DNA of 64,000 nucleotides from the human T2T-CHM13v2.0 reference genome, Homo sapiens. Of this stretch, positions 45,829 to 59,089 are shown piece after piece. The first letter of the stretch is position 1, and each line of letters begins with the position of its first letter. Where the stretch lies: the NCBI RefSeq assembly GCF_009914755.1, contig NC_060942.1, one strand, 5' to 3'. The notes under the pieces are model-generated. The model had not been told where the DNA came from and searched no databases. It saw only the letters and a list, made by a program, of their open reading frames with translations. The position numbers and the translations under genes are program-made.

Positions 45829-46099
45829 AATGATGTGTTCTTTTTAAAAAGGTGCTGTTGGAATTCTGGTTGGTACTAATTTATTGAAAATGTTTGCATT
45901 AGTATTCATAAGTAAGATTGGTGTGTAGCAGCTAGCTCCTCCCCACCCCATCCCTGCCACCTCCCCTTCCTCTTCCTTTGTTGTAAGCTGTGTTTGTCAG
46001 TTGGAGCATCACTGTTATAGTAGCATCATAAAAGAATTCCTGACCACTCCTGCACATTGCGCCTTGTTGCTTTGTGTCCAGATGTCTCTGGGGTATCTC

Positions 46100-47845
46100 T
46101 CTGATTGTTCCCCCTTAGTGTCCTCCCTGGATCCTCTGTTTCTGACCCCTCCCTTTCAGTGGTGTCCTTATCAGACCTCCTCTCTGTCTGTGTTGTCTGT
46201 CTATATTCACCCTAGTGAAGTCAGCAGCCTTGGGGGCTCATCGCTTTCTTGACTCCATGCTTTCTTCTGGGACCCAAGGCTGCTTGCCTCTCTACCTTCC
46301 TTTTCCTCTGCCTGCTTGCCATCTTGTATTTCATTCATGTACTTGGAGACCACTATATGTGACATATTCTGCTAGGGCTGTAAATACAGAGATAAAATAT
46401 CTGTACCTGCCCCCAAAGAACCTCCATTCTTTAGTCTAAGGCAAGCAGGTAGCTGATTCCCCTAGCAGAGGATGGTGCAGAGGACTTAGGACATGCCAAG
46501 GAAGCTCTGACTGTATCTGACATGACCACCTGAAAGCCACACATGAAATGCAACCAGCCCCCAAATGAACCCTTTATTTTTCTTCCACAACAAAAACAAA
46601 AATTCTGAACGGACTCTTCATGTCTCCACCTCTGCAAACAGTGGAGTCTCCCAAGTTACAAGCCTAGAGCTATACTGGACTCCTTTCTCTTTCCTGTGTC
46701 CCCTTATTTAGGAATTTGATTGCTGAAAACAGCACTTCTTCTCCATTCCTGTGATCATTTCCTTAGCTCTGGCCCTCATCGTTTCTTGCCTGAAGTATTG
46801 CACTATCTTCCTATTCATTTGCTTGTCTATTACTTTGTTCATTCCACAAAACTTCATTGAGCACCTGCTATGTGCCAGGCACTATTCTAGCCCTGGTGAC
46901 CCAGCACATCAGACAAGACCACTGCCCTGAGGGGGCACATACTCTAATGAGGTGCAGACAGCGATCAAGAACGTGCGTAAGCAGAGGATCTGAGATCGCA
47001 AACATGTCTATGAAGAAAAGAGACGGTATGAGGTGGGGGCCAGAAAGAGGGGCAGCAGCAAGGAAGGAAGGCCTGATGAAAGACAGTGAATGAGGGAGAG
47101 CATTGGAAGAGGTCAGGCATGGCAGGTGTCAGGGGTTGAAAGGAGGCTGGGTGGCTACAGGGGTAGGGCCTGGAGAGCAGCATGTTCAGAGCCTGGGGGA
47201 CATTGAGATCCCATGAGGGCCTTCTCCCCATTCCAAACTCCCACTGGCTGAAAGCAAGGTGATCCTCCTGAAAGTCAAATCTCATTATGCTGTTCTCCTG
47301 TTTAAGAAAACGAATGAATGAGCTTTTCATGACCAGTAAGATGAAACCGAAATTCCTTCCATTGGTACAAGGGCCCTCCATACTCCGAGGCCTTCATGCC
47401 TCTGTGGCCTCATCTCCACCATTCCCAAGATGTGTCTGAAGTTTCAACCACACTCAACTTCTCCTGTTTTTGAACATGAAAGGCAGGTTCTTTGGGGAAC
47501 TTTCCTTTATCCATTCTATTTTCTTTGCCTGGAGTGTTTTTTCTTCCTATTCTCAAGTTATCAAACTCCTACTCCTGCTGCTGCAGTCACTTCAGATGTC
47601 ATCTCTTTCCCTAAGGCTCCTTGGCAAGATGGAAGGGGCTCCTTCTGCTTGTCCCCCTACTGCCATTCATAGCTGATGAGAGGGTGCTGCCTTGTGTCCA
47701 CACCTCTGATTTAACACTCCTCAGAATGTGCGACCTGTTTCCCTTTGAGCTACTCTAAGCCATATGTCTCATGCCTCTGTCTAGCCCCAAGGGCCAGCAG
47801 CACAGCTGCCCACAGTAGAAGTTCAGTAGGTGCTTGAATGAAGGT
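46100..47845. mobile_element. L2 LINE fragments in both orientations
   Basis: L2 3' motifs ttcattgagcacctgctatgtgccaggcactattctag and cacagtagaagttcagtaggtgcttgaatgaa; atcctcctgaaagtcaaatctcattat. Confidence 0.6.
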
Positions 47846-48539
47846 CTCCTTCAAATACCACACATTTCATGATAGTGTCTACCAGGTGCTGAGTTGAATG
47901 AAGGAAGGATGCTATTCAGTTGGAAAGCAGTCACCTTAAGGGGCAGATGCCCTGTGTAATAACTCAAGCTGTGACAACTGAATCCTTTAGATAGCTGGCA
48001 GAGTTGGGATTTTTCTTTCTTTCTGAAAGTTAATGCATCTCAAAAATATATTCATTGCCAAAAGACAACCAACTTCAATATATGCAAGGGCAGCAACAAA
48101 GCCTACAAGCAGAACCAATTTTTTTTTTCACAAAAGACTGAATGTTCTCAAGCAATTGCAGAGAGCTTGGTTAGCCTTCTAGAATTCTTCCTAATAGAGA
48201 AGGACATCTGGTGGCCATTATGTCTTGGACTTGCTGGAAACAGGCCCAATTTCCTGTAATTTAACTCCATTTCAGAAGGGTGATTTGATCCATGTTTAAT
48301 TAAATTCATTTGAATTTTTATGGCTTCATATTATTTTTTTCACATACATAAATTGACAGAAAAGAAAATATTTTGTCAGATTACGTGTTCTAACTTTAGA
48401 TTCTGAAAATGTGTCCTTGTAAGGGGTCAGGCATCTTAAGGCTGAAGACTGTAGAGGATGAGAAATAACTATTACTGTTAAGAGTAATTAATAGGTCCAA
48501 TCTCTGAAGATTCTTCCTTGTCATAGGTGATAGGAAGTA

Positions 48540-48900
48540 TGTATCAGTTATCTTTTTCTGCATAACAAAACACCCCAGAACTTAGTGGTGTAAAACAACA
48601 ATCCCTGTTCATGATTTTTTGGGTTAGGAATTTGAGCCTTATTCAGCTGGGAAGTTTTCACTCAGCTGCAGTTATCTAGTGGTTTGAGTGAGCTGAGTGG
48701 TCTAAGACGGCCTTAGTTTATCTACTTGGCCTGGCATTTGGTACTGGCTGTTGGCTGGGCCATGTGTCTTCAACAGCCTAGCCCACATGTCTTCCCATGA
48801 TAGCAGTGTTTCAAAAAGGCAAGTCCCAGTGTGTAAACACTTTTCAGGCTTCTGTGTGCATCATGTTTGTTGATGTTCCATTGGCCAAAGCAAGCCACAT
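48540..48900 (-). mobile_element. MLT1 (H/I/J-like) LTR fragment
   Basis: tgtatcagttatc...ataacaaaacaccccagaacttagtggtgtaaaacaaca...gatgttccattggccaaagcaagccacat. Confidence 0.7.
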
Positions 48901-48989
48901 TGTTGAGCTTTCATGGGTGATGAGCACATCACAGTCTATATTCTTCTCTCTATTTTGTGTGTGTTTGAGAATTTCCACAGTACAAAGTT

Positions 48990-49582
48990 AAAGAAAAAAA
49001 CTGTTCAAGCATTAAAAATGAAACCACCATATGATCCAGCAGTCCCACTTCTGGATATTCATCAAAAAGAATTGAAATCAGGATTTTGGAGAAATATTGG
49101 TACTCCCATGTTTGTTGCAGCACTAGTCACAATAGCCAAGGTGTGGAACCAACCAAAATGTCCAATGATGGACGAATCAATAAAGAACATATGGTATATA
49201 CAGGCAATGGAATATTTTCAGTCTTAAGACGGAAATCTTGACATTTCCTACAACTTGGATGAACTTGTAGGACATTTTGCTAAGTGAAATGGCCCAGTCA
49301 CAGAAGGACAAATACTGCATATTTTCACTTATATGAGGTATCTAAAATAGACTCACAGAAGCAGAGAGTAGGATGGCCATTACCAGGGGCTAAGGAGAGG
49401 GGGTGAAGGAGAGTTGCCTATCAGCAAGCATAAAGTTTTAGTAATGCAAGATGAATAAGTTATAGATATGTGCTATACCACATCGTCCCTCTAGTTAACA
49501 ATAATGTATCGTACACTTAGAATCTGATAAAAGAATAGATCTCATGTTGAATATTTTTACTACAATAAATAAAAAGAAAAAA
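48990..49582 (+). mobile_element. L1 (L1MA/MB-like) 3' end with ORF2 C-terminal remnant and A-rich tail
   Basis: ORF 48913..49227 contains PYDPAVPLLDI...TPMFVAALVTIAKVWNQPKCP, the L1 ORF2p C-terminal motif; aataaa plus A-rich end at ~49565. Confidence 0.9.
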
Positions 49583-51419
49583 ATTCTTAAGAATGTTCAG
49601 ATCATTCAGTGGCCTCAAAGACTGGTAGAAGTGGTTACAGATGTCACCTTAAGTTGCCCCTAACTGCTTTCTTGGTTACATGGGGATGTGTAAGCCGTCA
49701 GGGCTGGATTCTGGACCCTACTTGCTCCTTGCCCAAGTTTTTAGTTTACAAATAGCGTTCTACATTTAATTAAAAGAGTTAGAAGGTATTTGATGAGAGG
49801 TCTAGCAAATGAGTCACTCCATTACTTGGGACAGTGTTAGAGGTCTTGCAGGACTGGCTCTATCTCACTTAGTGCTCCCACGGAGGATACTCATTGCGCT
49901 GTATTTGATTAGGTCTGACTCTTACCACATGTCCTAAATAAGCCTTGGGTGAAAAGCCGTACTCTCCAGGTGTTTTCTAGCTCCCAGTGTTCCTGAGTCT
50001 AAGCTGTAGTGCTCACTAGAGCCGAAAGCATTTGGAAATGCCACCGTAGCCTAGCATGTGCAAACAAAGCCTCTCTTCCTGTCATCACTGGACACTGATG
50101 ACTCTAGAATTCTTATTATAAAAACAAAACCATGAGTGAACAGCAGCCTCCAATTTCTTGTTATGTTGTCCCTGACTGCCAAGCATGAGGCTACCCTTGG
50201 GTCTACCAAGATTCTGTGGCCCATTTGCTCCCTCCATGCACTCTTCTTGTTTTAAGTAGCTTGATGTTTTGTTAATTATCTGAACTTCAGAAAGCCCTAA
50301 CTGCATGCCATGTTATGGTGTTGCCTTGATAATTTTTCCAGATTTTTCTTGGCCTTCAAACTTTCTGGTTATCTCTACCTTCCTTGACAAAGGGCAGTTA
50401 AAGTGGATTTCACTTCATGCACACTGTGTGCCTCTCTGAAAGGACTTGTGAGTAGAACGTTACTTGATCCTTGGATCTCTGAGGTTAGACAAGGAATTAG
50501 AAATATCTTAACTCTACTTTAGCCCCTAATCTTATCATTCCAAATGTGTGCTTAATAAGAAGCAGAATCAACACATCAGGTCAGAATAAGTTCAAATGGT
50601 CTAGAATTTTTATTTATAGAAATGAAAAAAACATTGGCTAGAAACACTTAAAAATGCTGTCCTTTGTTAGGTATGTGGTTGTTCTCAAACTTTTCCCCAC
50701 AGAATGTCATTTAAAGTTTTAAAGTTGAGATGACATATGTGCTTAACTAAATGCTTAATTTCTTTTTAGTTCTTGCAGTTACAATGCAGAAGGATACTCC
50801 TAGGAAATAGAATTCCCAATGAGATTTTGTAAAGATAGAGCTTTTATCAATTCTTGCCTCAAACCTCCCAAAATTATGTTTGGTGAATTCTAGGGGAGTA
50901 AAACAGTCAAAAGTCTGTTAAATTATCGTCACCTATGGGAGTTTGTTATAAGATGTATCTGGCATGTAGATGGAAGAGATTTTGTGAAAGCTTGAGCTGG
51001 TGGAAACAGGGTAGGGCAGATAAGGGTGGATACACTCCTGGTAAACAGTTTGTGTATCTCAGGTGCTGATATGTCCCTGTGAACTGAGATGACAGTGGCT
51101 AACCTGGCCTTGCCTCAGCCGAGCTCACATGAGGGCAGCTGATTTTGCAATAGCCAGGTTTTCTGCACATAGGTGATGTTAAAGCCATATACTGTGGTTA
51201 GCTATCTGAGTCTTTATATTCTCCATTCTCTCACATGGAAGGACTGGGTTGTGAAATGTGACTAAGAACACCCACAAGGCTGGAGAACTTGCATGTTTGG
51301 GGACTTGGAACTGTGTTATTCCATGGTTGCGAAGTCAGAAGTTCTGTGTGATTAAGGAATTTATGGGCATCTTAGGTCACTTCCTGTGAGAGAATGGATA
51401 GGGGAAGGCAGTCATATTC

Positions 51420-51645
51420 ATTGAGTACCACAGAGAAGGCCCTACCCTAGATGCTTTACACAAGTTACCTTTACATAAGTGATTCTCATCACAAACCTGC
51501 AAGGGCAATTCTATTACCTTCATTTGGTGAGCCAGAGAGGGTACAAGTAATTTATGACAGGGCACACCTGGTTCATTAGTGGCACAGCCAGCATGCACAC
51601 CAAGGTCTAGTTGACACCAAAACTTGTATTCTTTCTACTGTCCAG
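51420..51645 (-). mobile_element. MIR fragment
   Basis: attctcatcacaaacctgcaagg...agagagggtacaagtaatttatgacagggcacacc. Confidence 0.55.
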
Positions 51646-52727
51646 TTTTAGAGAATGTAGGCGTAGGCATAACAATTAGAGGCCAGAGATAGAGTCCCTG
51701 GCTACGAAGAGTCATCATGGATAAGGAGCAGAGCTGGGTGCTAGAAGAGAGGTGGAGGAGAGTTACTCAGAAGGACAGTTAGTTTTAATGGGAGGTGAGA
51801 AAGCCATGAAGTAAGATCCAGGACAGGGTGAGATTAAGAAATGGAAAAGCTGGTCTTCTGCAGAGGGCGCCACCTAGACACACGGCTAAAAATATCCCTT
51901 GGAGAAAGGCAAAGGGTAAGAAAGAGTATGGGACCAGTTGGCTCACATTTCCCCATGTAAGCCGGAGTGGCAAAGTGCAAGCCAGTTATTTTTCTGCACA
52001 AATATGCGTCACTCTTAGGAAACTTTAAAACAAATCTTAATTCTAGGAGTTGTCTTTTTGTGTTGTGTATCTTTGTGACTTGTGTTTGCAAGCTTCTGGT
52101 AAAACTACAGGCTCCACTCCAAATCCTGAACCAGGCTGCTGTGATAGCCTGATAGTGCAGCAGCTGTCAGCCAAGATTTTGAAATTAAACAGTACCTGCT
52201 GTGGCACTAGTCCTCTTAGAAAGATTTATGGGTGAGGCCAGTTCCCATTCACCTGGATCTTGTGGCTCTGGCCACTTCTGAGCACCCTCTTTGGGAAAGC
52301 GAGCTCAAGACTGATAGGGAACCGGCCACCACTAGGCTTCAGGAGAGATTCAGGCTCATGGAGCAGAAAAGAGACACGGGTGGGCAAGGAGATGGTGAAG
52401 GCCCGGGAAATGGAAATGCTGGGGTACAGAGTTAGTTAGGTCCTATCCGATTACAAAAATATTTCTCAGACTCACTGGTCATATTGGCTGCCCGCTTCAT
52501 GTCTGTTTGATGGGAAGAACCCACAGTGGCAGGCATCTTCCAGTGCCCAGGCTGTGTTTGGCTTGGACACATGTGGTTGTGAAGACCTGGCAGGGAAGCT
52601 GAGGCGTGCAGTTTGCGAAGACAGAGTTAAAAATCCCTATTAGGGCAATCCTGAAATGCAGTCACACCCGAGGTCTGTGAAAGGATGCCAAGCCTGACCT
52701 TGCACTGGGCGTGCTCTGCTTTTCCAG

Positions 52728-52966
52728 GTGGCGCTCAGGCACGAGGATGGCGATGAGACCACGGAGCCACCCCCCAGTGGGTGCCGGGACCGGAGGAGGG
52801 CCAGCGTGTGTTCCAGTGGCGGAGGCGAGCACCGGGGCCTGGACCGCAGAAGGAGCCGCAGGCACTCGGTGCAGAGCATCAAGAGCACCCTGTCGGCCCC
52901 CACCAGTCCCTGCTCCCAGTCAGCTCCCAGCTTCAAGCCCAACCAAGTGCGAGATCTGCGTGAAAA
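52728..52966 (+). CDS. FHOD3: FHOD3 coding exon (probably exon 10), 239 nt, Ser/Arg-rich linker
   Basis: Acceptor ctctgcttttccag|GTG, donor AA|gtaagc. Phase 0 to 2; encodes VALRHEDGDETTEPPPSGCRDRRRASVCSSGGGEHRGLDRRRSRRHSVQSIKSTLSAPTSPCSQSAPSFKPNQVRDLRE(K). Matches ORF 52728..52970 and is locally CpG-rich. Confidence 0.96.
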
Positions 52967-55369
52967 GTAAGCATTAACTTGGCAGTGGAGAGGGGTGCAA
53001 GGATGCCATCCAAAAGAGAGCCCACAGGTGCCTGCCACTCTCCCCTCCCTGCTGGCCACTTTGTCCCCCACCCAGCATTGCTCCCTACCTCTTCTTGACC
53101 ATTAAACCACCAGCCAAACATCTCGGTGGATTTCCCACACAGGGTGGCCCCTGGCGACTTTTACAGACTTCATCTTACTAATCCCAGGAACTGTTTTTCA
53201 GCTACCTGTTTTTAAAAAATATTATTTACTATCTCAGTTAATATCTGTTCAGAAAAGCTGTGTTTTATCAAATGGAAAAGACTTCAAAACACAAAACTTT
53301 GGCCTAGAAATAACCACTGTAGGCATGTGGGGTTGGAAGAGTCTCGCGATACTCCTGACAATACAGGGATATCTCTGGGTTGGTTTAAGTTAAACAGAAA
53401 AAACCCATATGAGTTTCCAAATAGCTGTCTCTATATATTTCAGTACACACTAATTCCATCATTTAGTCTGAAACATTTTTATTGAGTGTCTGTTAGAGGC
53501 CAGGACTACTTGAAGCCATGAAGATACATAAATAGAAAGGTATGATCTCTGTCCCTTTGAGCCTCACGTTTGGGCTGGGAGGAAGACCGAGAATGGTAGA
53601 TAGAAAAAAATGGAATGATTGGCAATCCTATGAGATATTATATGTATTTAAAGTATAAAGTTTGACAAAATCTGCCAAACCCAGAGTGGTTCTATAGTAT
53701 AGGGGTACAACAAAAGGCTGGCCATGCCTGCTCCAGAGTCTGGGTCCAGTTGTATCTTCCCAAATGGATGCTCTGAGGTCACTGGGATGAGGGACTTTAG
53801 GGTCCAGTCTCTGCCACCCAAATCCACAGGGGCTGACTAACACATTCCCATCCTGCTGCTGATAGTCTGGAAGCAGGAAGTGCTCATATCACTTGGCTGG
53901 ATCATCCTCCCTCATCATAGAGATCCTCCTGGGAGTCAAATTTAGGTCACCAGGCTACATTATGAGGAAGAAAATCACTCAGAATAAGTTGGATGACCTT
54001 AAGAAAGAGTGATCAAGATATATCCCTCCTCTCCATCTCTAAGGGAATACCCCACCAGCACCAAGAGGTGCCCCAAACAATCTGATACCCATGGAATCAT
54101 TTGAGCAGGACCCAGGCCATGCCTTCAGATACCTGTTATCCCAGGAGGAGGAGGGACTGGTTTGAGATAGATGTGCAACCATGGTCTATGTTGACACCCC
54201 TCTTCTACCTCATAACCCCAGATGCCCTCTCTCTACAGGCTTTTATGTTTCTGAGAGTCTGTGTACAGCTCTATTTTAGTGAAAAGAAGACCTAAACTTC
54301 TAAACATATTAAGGAAAGAGAACCTTTACCATGAGCATTGCATTTTGTGATCTAGAATCTTAAAGAAACTCAGCCAATTCTCAAAGAAAAAGCCCTCGAA
54401 GCTCTCTTCCAGCTGGCTTGAGAAGTTAACATGAAGAGAATTGAGGAAATTGTACACAATCCTCTGAAAAAGGCCTGTATATAAAGCCACCGAAGATGCT
54501 GAGGGTAGGAGTTAGGTGGACCTTGTCAGTAGTACTTGGTGTTCTCCTGCTCCATCATGTTTGTTCCTTGTCTGTTTCTTGCTGTTACACTTTTCGAGGA
54601 TTCCTGTGTTGTGAGTTCAGGTGACAATGCTTTGCAATAGGCTGGTAAGGATGATGATACGGAAGTGGACCATCCTGGGCACGGTTCACAGTCTTGAAGT
54701 GCTGGGCTCGGTAGGATCTGAAACAGGAGGCCAGAGATGCCACTCTGAATGCTGTTTGCTTCATTCTTTTTGGAATTTCACTTTACTGGAATTATTACTT
54801 CAACATTAATTTAGTAGCATTTGAGCAAAATATACTTTGCAGCTTGTAAAGATAGGTGGTTTTATCTATCTAGATTGATGATTATGAAGTGACTTCATTT
54901 ACGAAGCCTGTTGGAGGGATTTTGCCTGTGGCCCCAAAGTGACGGCATGATTTTGATGAGGTGGGAGTACGATAGTGGGAATGCAGTGGTGAAATGCTGA
55001 TTGGGAAATGATTTCTTCCTGCATAGCTTAGTCACCTGCTCAACATCTGTGCCTCAAACAGTACCTCAGAGTCAAGTGGCTCATTGTGTTCTGTCCCCTG
55101 CAGACCTTGAAAGACACAGAAGCTGCCTCATGTACATATATGCACATTGCTCTTCATCTCTGCAAACGCCCTGGCCGCACCTAACGCTATCTTATAGCAA
55201 CATGCCTTCAGATGCCACATATGAAGGATTTGGGGCTAGATTTTATAACTCAGTCACCCAAGTGATGCCAACTTTTGTAAAGAAGGGAGAAATATGTTTT
55301 AGAAAGGGGTTCATATTGTTCTAAAAAAATATAGGGCAGTCTCCACTCAGATGGTCCTTTTGCATCATT

Positions 55370-55520
55370 TGAATTTAACTCTCACGATCATCCTCTGTAA
55401 GATTCAGACAGGACAGGTTTTATTAACCTCATTGTACAAGTGAGAAAACAGATGGGGCTAAGTGCCTATTCCAAATCACAGGACTAAGGGCTATGACCAA
55501 GGGCTGGGCCCTTGGCTCTT
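55370..55520 (-). mobile_element. MIR fragment
   Basis: attaacctcattgtacaagtgagaaaacagatggggctaagtg...ccaaatcacagg. Confidence 0.5.
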
Positions 55521-56377
55521 AATATCCAAAGTATACAGACTCCTTCCCAGTCAACCACATCCCAGCCAACCACTCCTAAACATATTCTTCAAGCGAGATG
55601 ATTAGAGAGACAATTTGATTTACATTCCTTGTAGGTATTTTTTTGTTTGAGGTAAATACAAAAATTCAAAGACTTGGAGAGAAATGCTTAGTCTCCCTGT
55701 AGACTTAAGCCAGCTATGTGCTTTAATTCTAATAAAGACTAATAAGAGCTTGAACTCAGATTTGTTTGCTTTGGTTTCTTAGGAAATACAACTCTACACT
55801 GAGCATTTGCCCAGTAAGGTACAAGTTTATTGGTCATTGGTCAACTAAAAGCATCTTTATGGGACCATGTGTGTCATAATGAGTTTCATCTTTGCACTTA
55901 AAGTTTACAAATTTCATTGGAAGGGGAAAAAATCTTAGTGCTAGAAAGTTCTTAAAATTTAGCCCAAAGCAGGAGCCCTTTCTGTCAAGTTCCCAAGAGA
56001 TGGGGTACACTTCCAGGCATGGGTGCTCTTTCTCCTGAGGTACCCCATCTGCCCTTGAACTATTCTGTTTATCCTGGTTCTTCCTCTGTTGACAAAAACA
56101 GGGCTGCTTCCTGCTCTGTGTGTCAGTCCTTCTGATACCAAACACTGCATGGGACTTAACACGTGAACTTTCAGTTTCATCCTGCTGATTTCCACACAAC
56201 ATTCCAAACTATAGAAGTAATTTTGAACTTCATTTAGTCACTAATGTTAACAGTTGTGCCATGCAGCTTTCAGTCATGTGTATATTTTAATATACATGGA
56301 ACAGTGACCTGGCAGATAGTGGATGTTGACAACTGGTTAGGGAGTGGAGGGTCCAGACTAGTGCCACGTGCCTCAGC

Positions 56378-56704
56378 AGCAGGGTCTGCAAACTTTCTCT
56401 GTCAAGGGCCAAGTAACATGTTAAACTTGGAGTACCAGACGGTCTCTATTGCAACTACTCAACTGAATTCTGCCTTTGTAGCACGTCAACAGCCATCAGC
56501 CACTGGTACTGGCATGAGCATGGCTGCATTCCAGTGACATTTTATTTATAGACACTGAGATTTGAATTTTACATGTCATGAAATATTATTCTTTTGATTT
56601 TTTTTCAACCATTAAAAATGTGAAAACCACTCTTAGCTCACAGGCCGTATAAAAACAGGTGGTAGGCCAGATGTAGCCCACAGGCTGTAGTTTGCCAACC
56701 CCTG
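56378..56704. mobile_element. MER58B (hAT-Charlie)
   Basis: cagggtctgcaaactttctctgtcaagggcc...gtctctattgcaactactcaact...tgtagtttgccaacccctg; TIR-like ends. Confidence 0.85.
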
Positions 56705-57057
56705 TCCCAAGGGTCTGGGTTTCTTGAGGGAGGTTGGGGGAAATTGGCAAAGGAGAGTATGTGGCATATGAGAGAAGAATCCACTGTGTTATGTGTGATG
56801 GCTATGGGGAACAGTATTCTTAGATTTGGTGTTAGAGCAAGGAAGTCAAAGGAATATTCCATGAAGAGATAGAGACTATAGGGGACTTTGCTGATGGCTG
56901 ATCATGAGTTCCCAGGGCACAGAGGAAGATTGAGGGGTCGGAGAAGGGCAAGAGATAAGCCAGATTGAGGGACACATGGAGAGGGAGGGGACTATGTGAT
57001 GAGTCCAGGGAAGATTGGACTGTGCAGGCCGGGATTGGTCCCAGTGGTCTCTTCGGG

Positions 57058-57260
57058 CAGTGGTTCTTGACCGGGGTGATTTTGCCACCTAGGAGACATC
57101 TGGACACATTTTTGGTTGTTATAACTGGGACGGGGTGGTGCTGCTGGCATCTAGTGGGTGGAGTCCAGGAATGCTGTTCTACTTAGTGCAGGATAGCCCC
57201 CTGCCAAACAAATAATTATCTGTTTTAAAATGTCAGTAGTGTTGAATCTGAGAAATTCTG
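57058..57260. mobile_element. MER20 (hAT-Charlie)
   Basis: cagtggttcttgaccggggtgattttgcc...ctggcatctagtgggtggag..cagga...aaaatgtcagtagtg...gagaaattctg. Confidence 0.85.
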
Positions 57261-58734
57261 CCTTAGGGGAAGGCAGATCGTTGGTTATGTAATCCACATG
57301 ATGCTGAGATAGAGAGTGTTTTGGCTATTGGAAAGGGTAGTTTTCTTAGAAGCATTTGGAACTCTGTGCACCTACCTTAAATATTCATGTGCATGGGTCA
57401 AAATTGACTCTTTTTCAGAGAATATAATCAGCTAAAACACAGATCTATAGAATATATTTCTAGTTTAAAAAAATCCATTGGCATTTTACAAACAAATGTC
57501 ATGGAAACAGATTCCTTAAATGAGATATGAATTGTCTTTCACAGCTGACTGGTTACTCTGGGCTACTACATGGTTTACAGTAGAGTCTTTTTTTGATTTT
57601 AAGTCCGTTTAGCAAAGTTTCACGCTTCAAATTCTCAGGAAATATGCTTGAACACTTTTAGGGGACCAAGCCTTGACTTAATCTCATGCTACTCTCAGTA
57701 ACTGAAATGCCAACAAATCCAATTCTAATCGGCTTCATACACATCCATCACTCCAAAAAATTGACATAATGGAATGTGACACCAGCATAAAACAAGTTGG
57801 CAAGAGAGAACAATGATTATATAAGAGAGGTGTGACAGTCTACATCCAGGCTTCACGAACCTGTTCAGAGGAAGAGGAACCTGGCACAGTCTCACCAGAA
57901 ATGTTCAAGTGGAGCTGAGTAATCTGCATTGAGAAGCAGCAGTGGGCAACTCTCCTCTTGGCTGCCGATACTTTCAACTGATGGTCAAGAAGGAAAAAAG
58001 TTACATATAAGAATTGCTAATTTTTTTCCATGTAAGTTACACTAGGGTTACAGAAAAATTGACTAATGTATGTTTCACAGAAGTCCTCATTCTAATAAAT
58101 GCAAAGTGATAAGGATATATAAATGGGTCTTGTGGGAGTCAGGAGTTGTAGCCAAGCCTTGAGCTTGTAGTCAGGAGAACAGTAGTCTGACCTACAGACA
58201 TACTTGACCCTTGAGCAGCAGAGAGAAGATGTGGCCTAGCCTCAGCTGGTTCCAGGAGCAAGAGAGACCATGCTTAGGTGGGCTCCAGGCCAGGAGTACT
58301 GATGCGGCAGTGGAGAGCCCACTTGAGCTGCAGGGAGAAGTCTGGCAGGGGTTTGTTGTGGGGCAGGGTGCAGAGACCAGCACTGGAAGCTCAGCCTGCA
58401 CCTGGCAGAGAACAGACTACCGCTCCTAAGGAGTGGGAAGCACTCAGTCTCCACAAATCCTCACCAGAGGGGTGTTTAGAATCACTGTGGTCTTGGGCAT
58501 AGGATGTGGAGGTATTGAAGCATGGGAGGGCAAGTTCAGAACCCAGCTCTCCCAAAATAGCTATGTGCCAATTTATATATGGCCATTGGCTCATAGTAGG
58601 CACTGAATAAATAGTAACTCTTTATGTTTTTAAATAAAAATGATAGGATTTAAAGATGTGGTGCCAACTGTGTGATGTAAAATGAAGAGAGTTGTACCAT
58701 ATAGTGCAAAGATGAATATAACAGTAACAGCCAC

Positions 58735-58980
58735 AACAACAGCTAGCCTTTACGGAACACTTAATCATCTGCCAGGCAGTATGCTAAGCACTGCAAGTGT
58801 ACAAACTCCATTTTTGCTATTATGTCACGATATAGGTACTGTAATTAATGCTGTGTGACAGGAGGGGAAGCTGAGGCACAGGGAGTTGAAGCACCTTGCC
58901 CAAGGTCCCACAGCTAATATATGGTGGAGCTGGTTCTACAGTTTAGGTGGTCTAGCTCCAGAGTCCATGTCCTCACCATT
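58735..58980 (-). mobile_element. MIR SINE
   Basis: gaagctgaggcacagggagttgaagcaccttgcccaaggtcccacagcta...tctagctccagagtccatg. Confidence 0.75.
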
Positions 58981-59089
58981 CTCCTAAATAACCCTTATTT
59001 CTGTTATTCTGTGGAAATAAATACATGCTGAGTACTTGGCAATTAGTAAGCCATTAGTAAATGCACACTGCTGTATTTATTATTGGATC

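Larger units (their letters stand above)
44540..45925 (-). mobile_element. Degraded old L1 fragments containing a (GT)n tract and an Alu
   Basis: T-rich L1-like phrases (tataaatggaatc, ggtttgtctattttgttgatttt, tttgcattagtattcataagtaagattggt). Confidence 0.6.

Noticed and set aside
48913-49227. 104-aa ORF with protein-like motifs
   Set aside because: Remnant of the L1 ORF2p C-terminus, not an independent gene.
52640-53071. Antisense and alternative-frame ORFs over the 52728 exon
   Set aside because: Shadow ORFs of a GC-rich coding exon.
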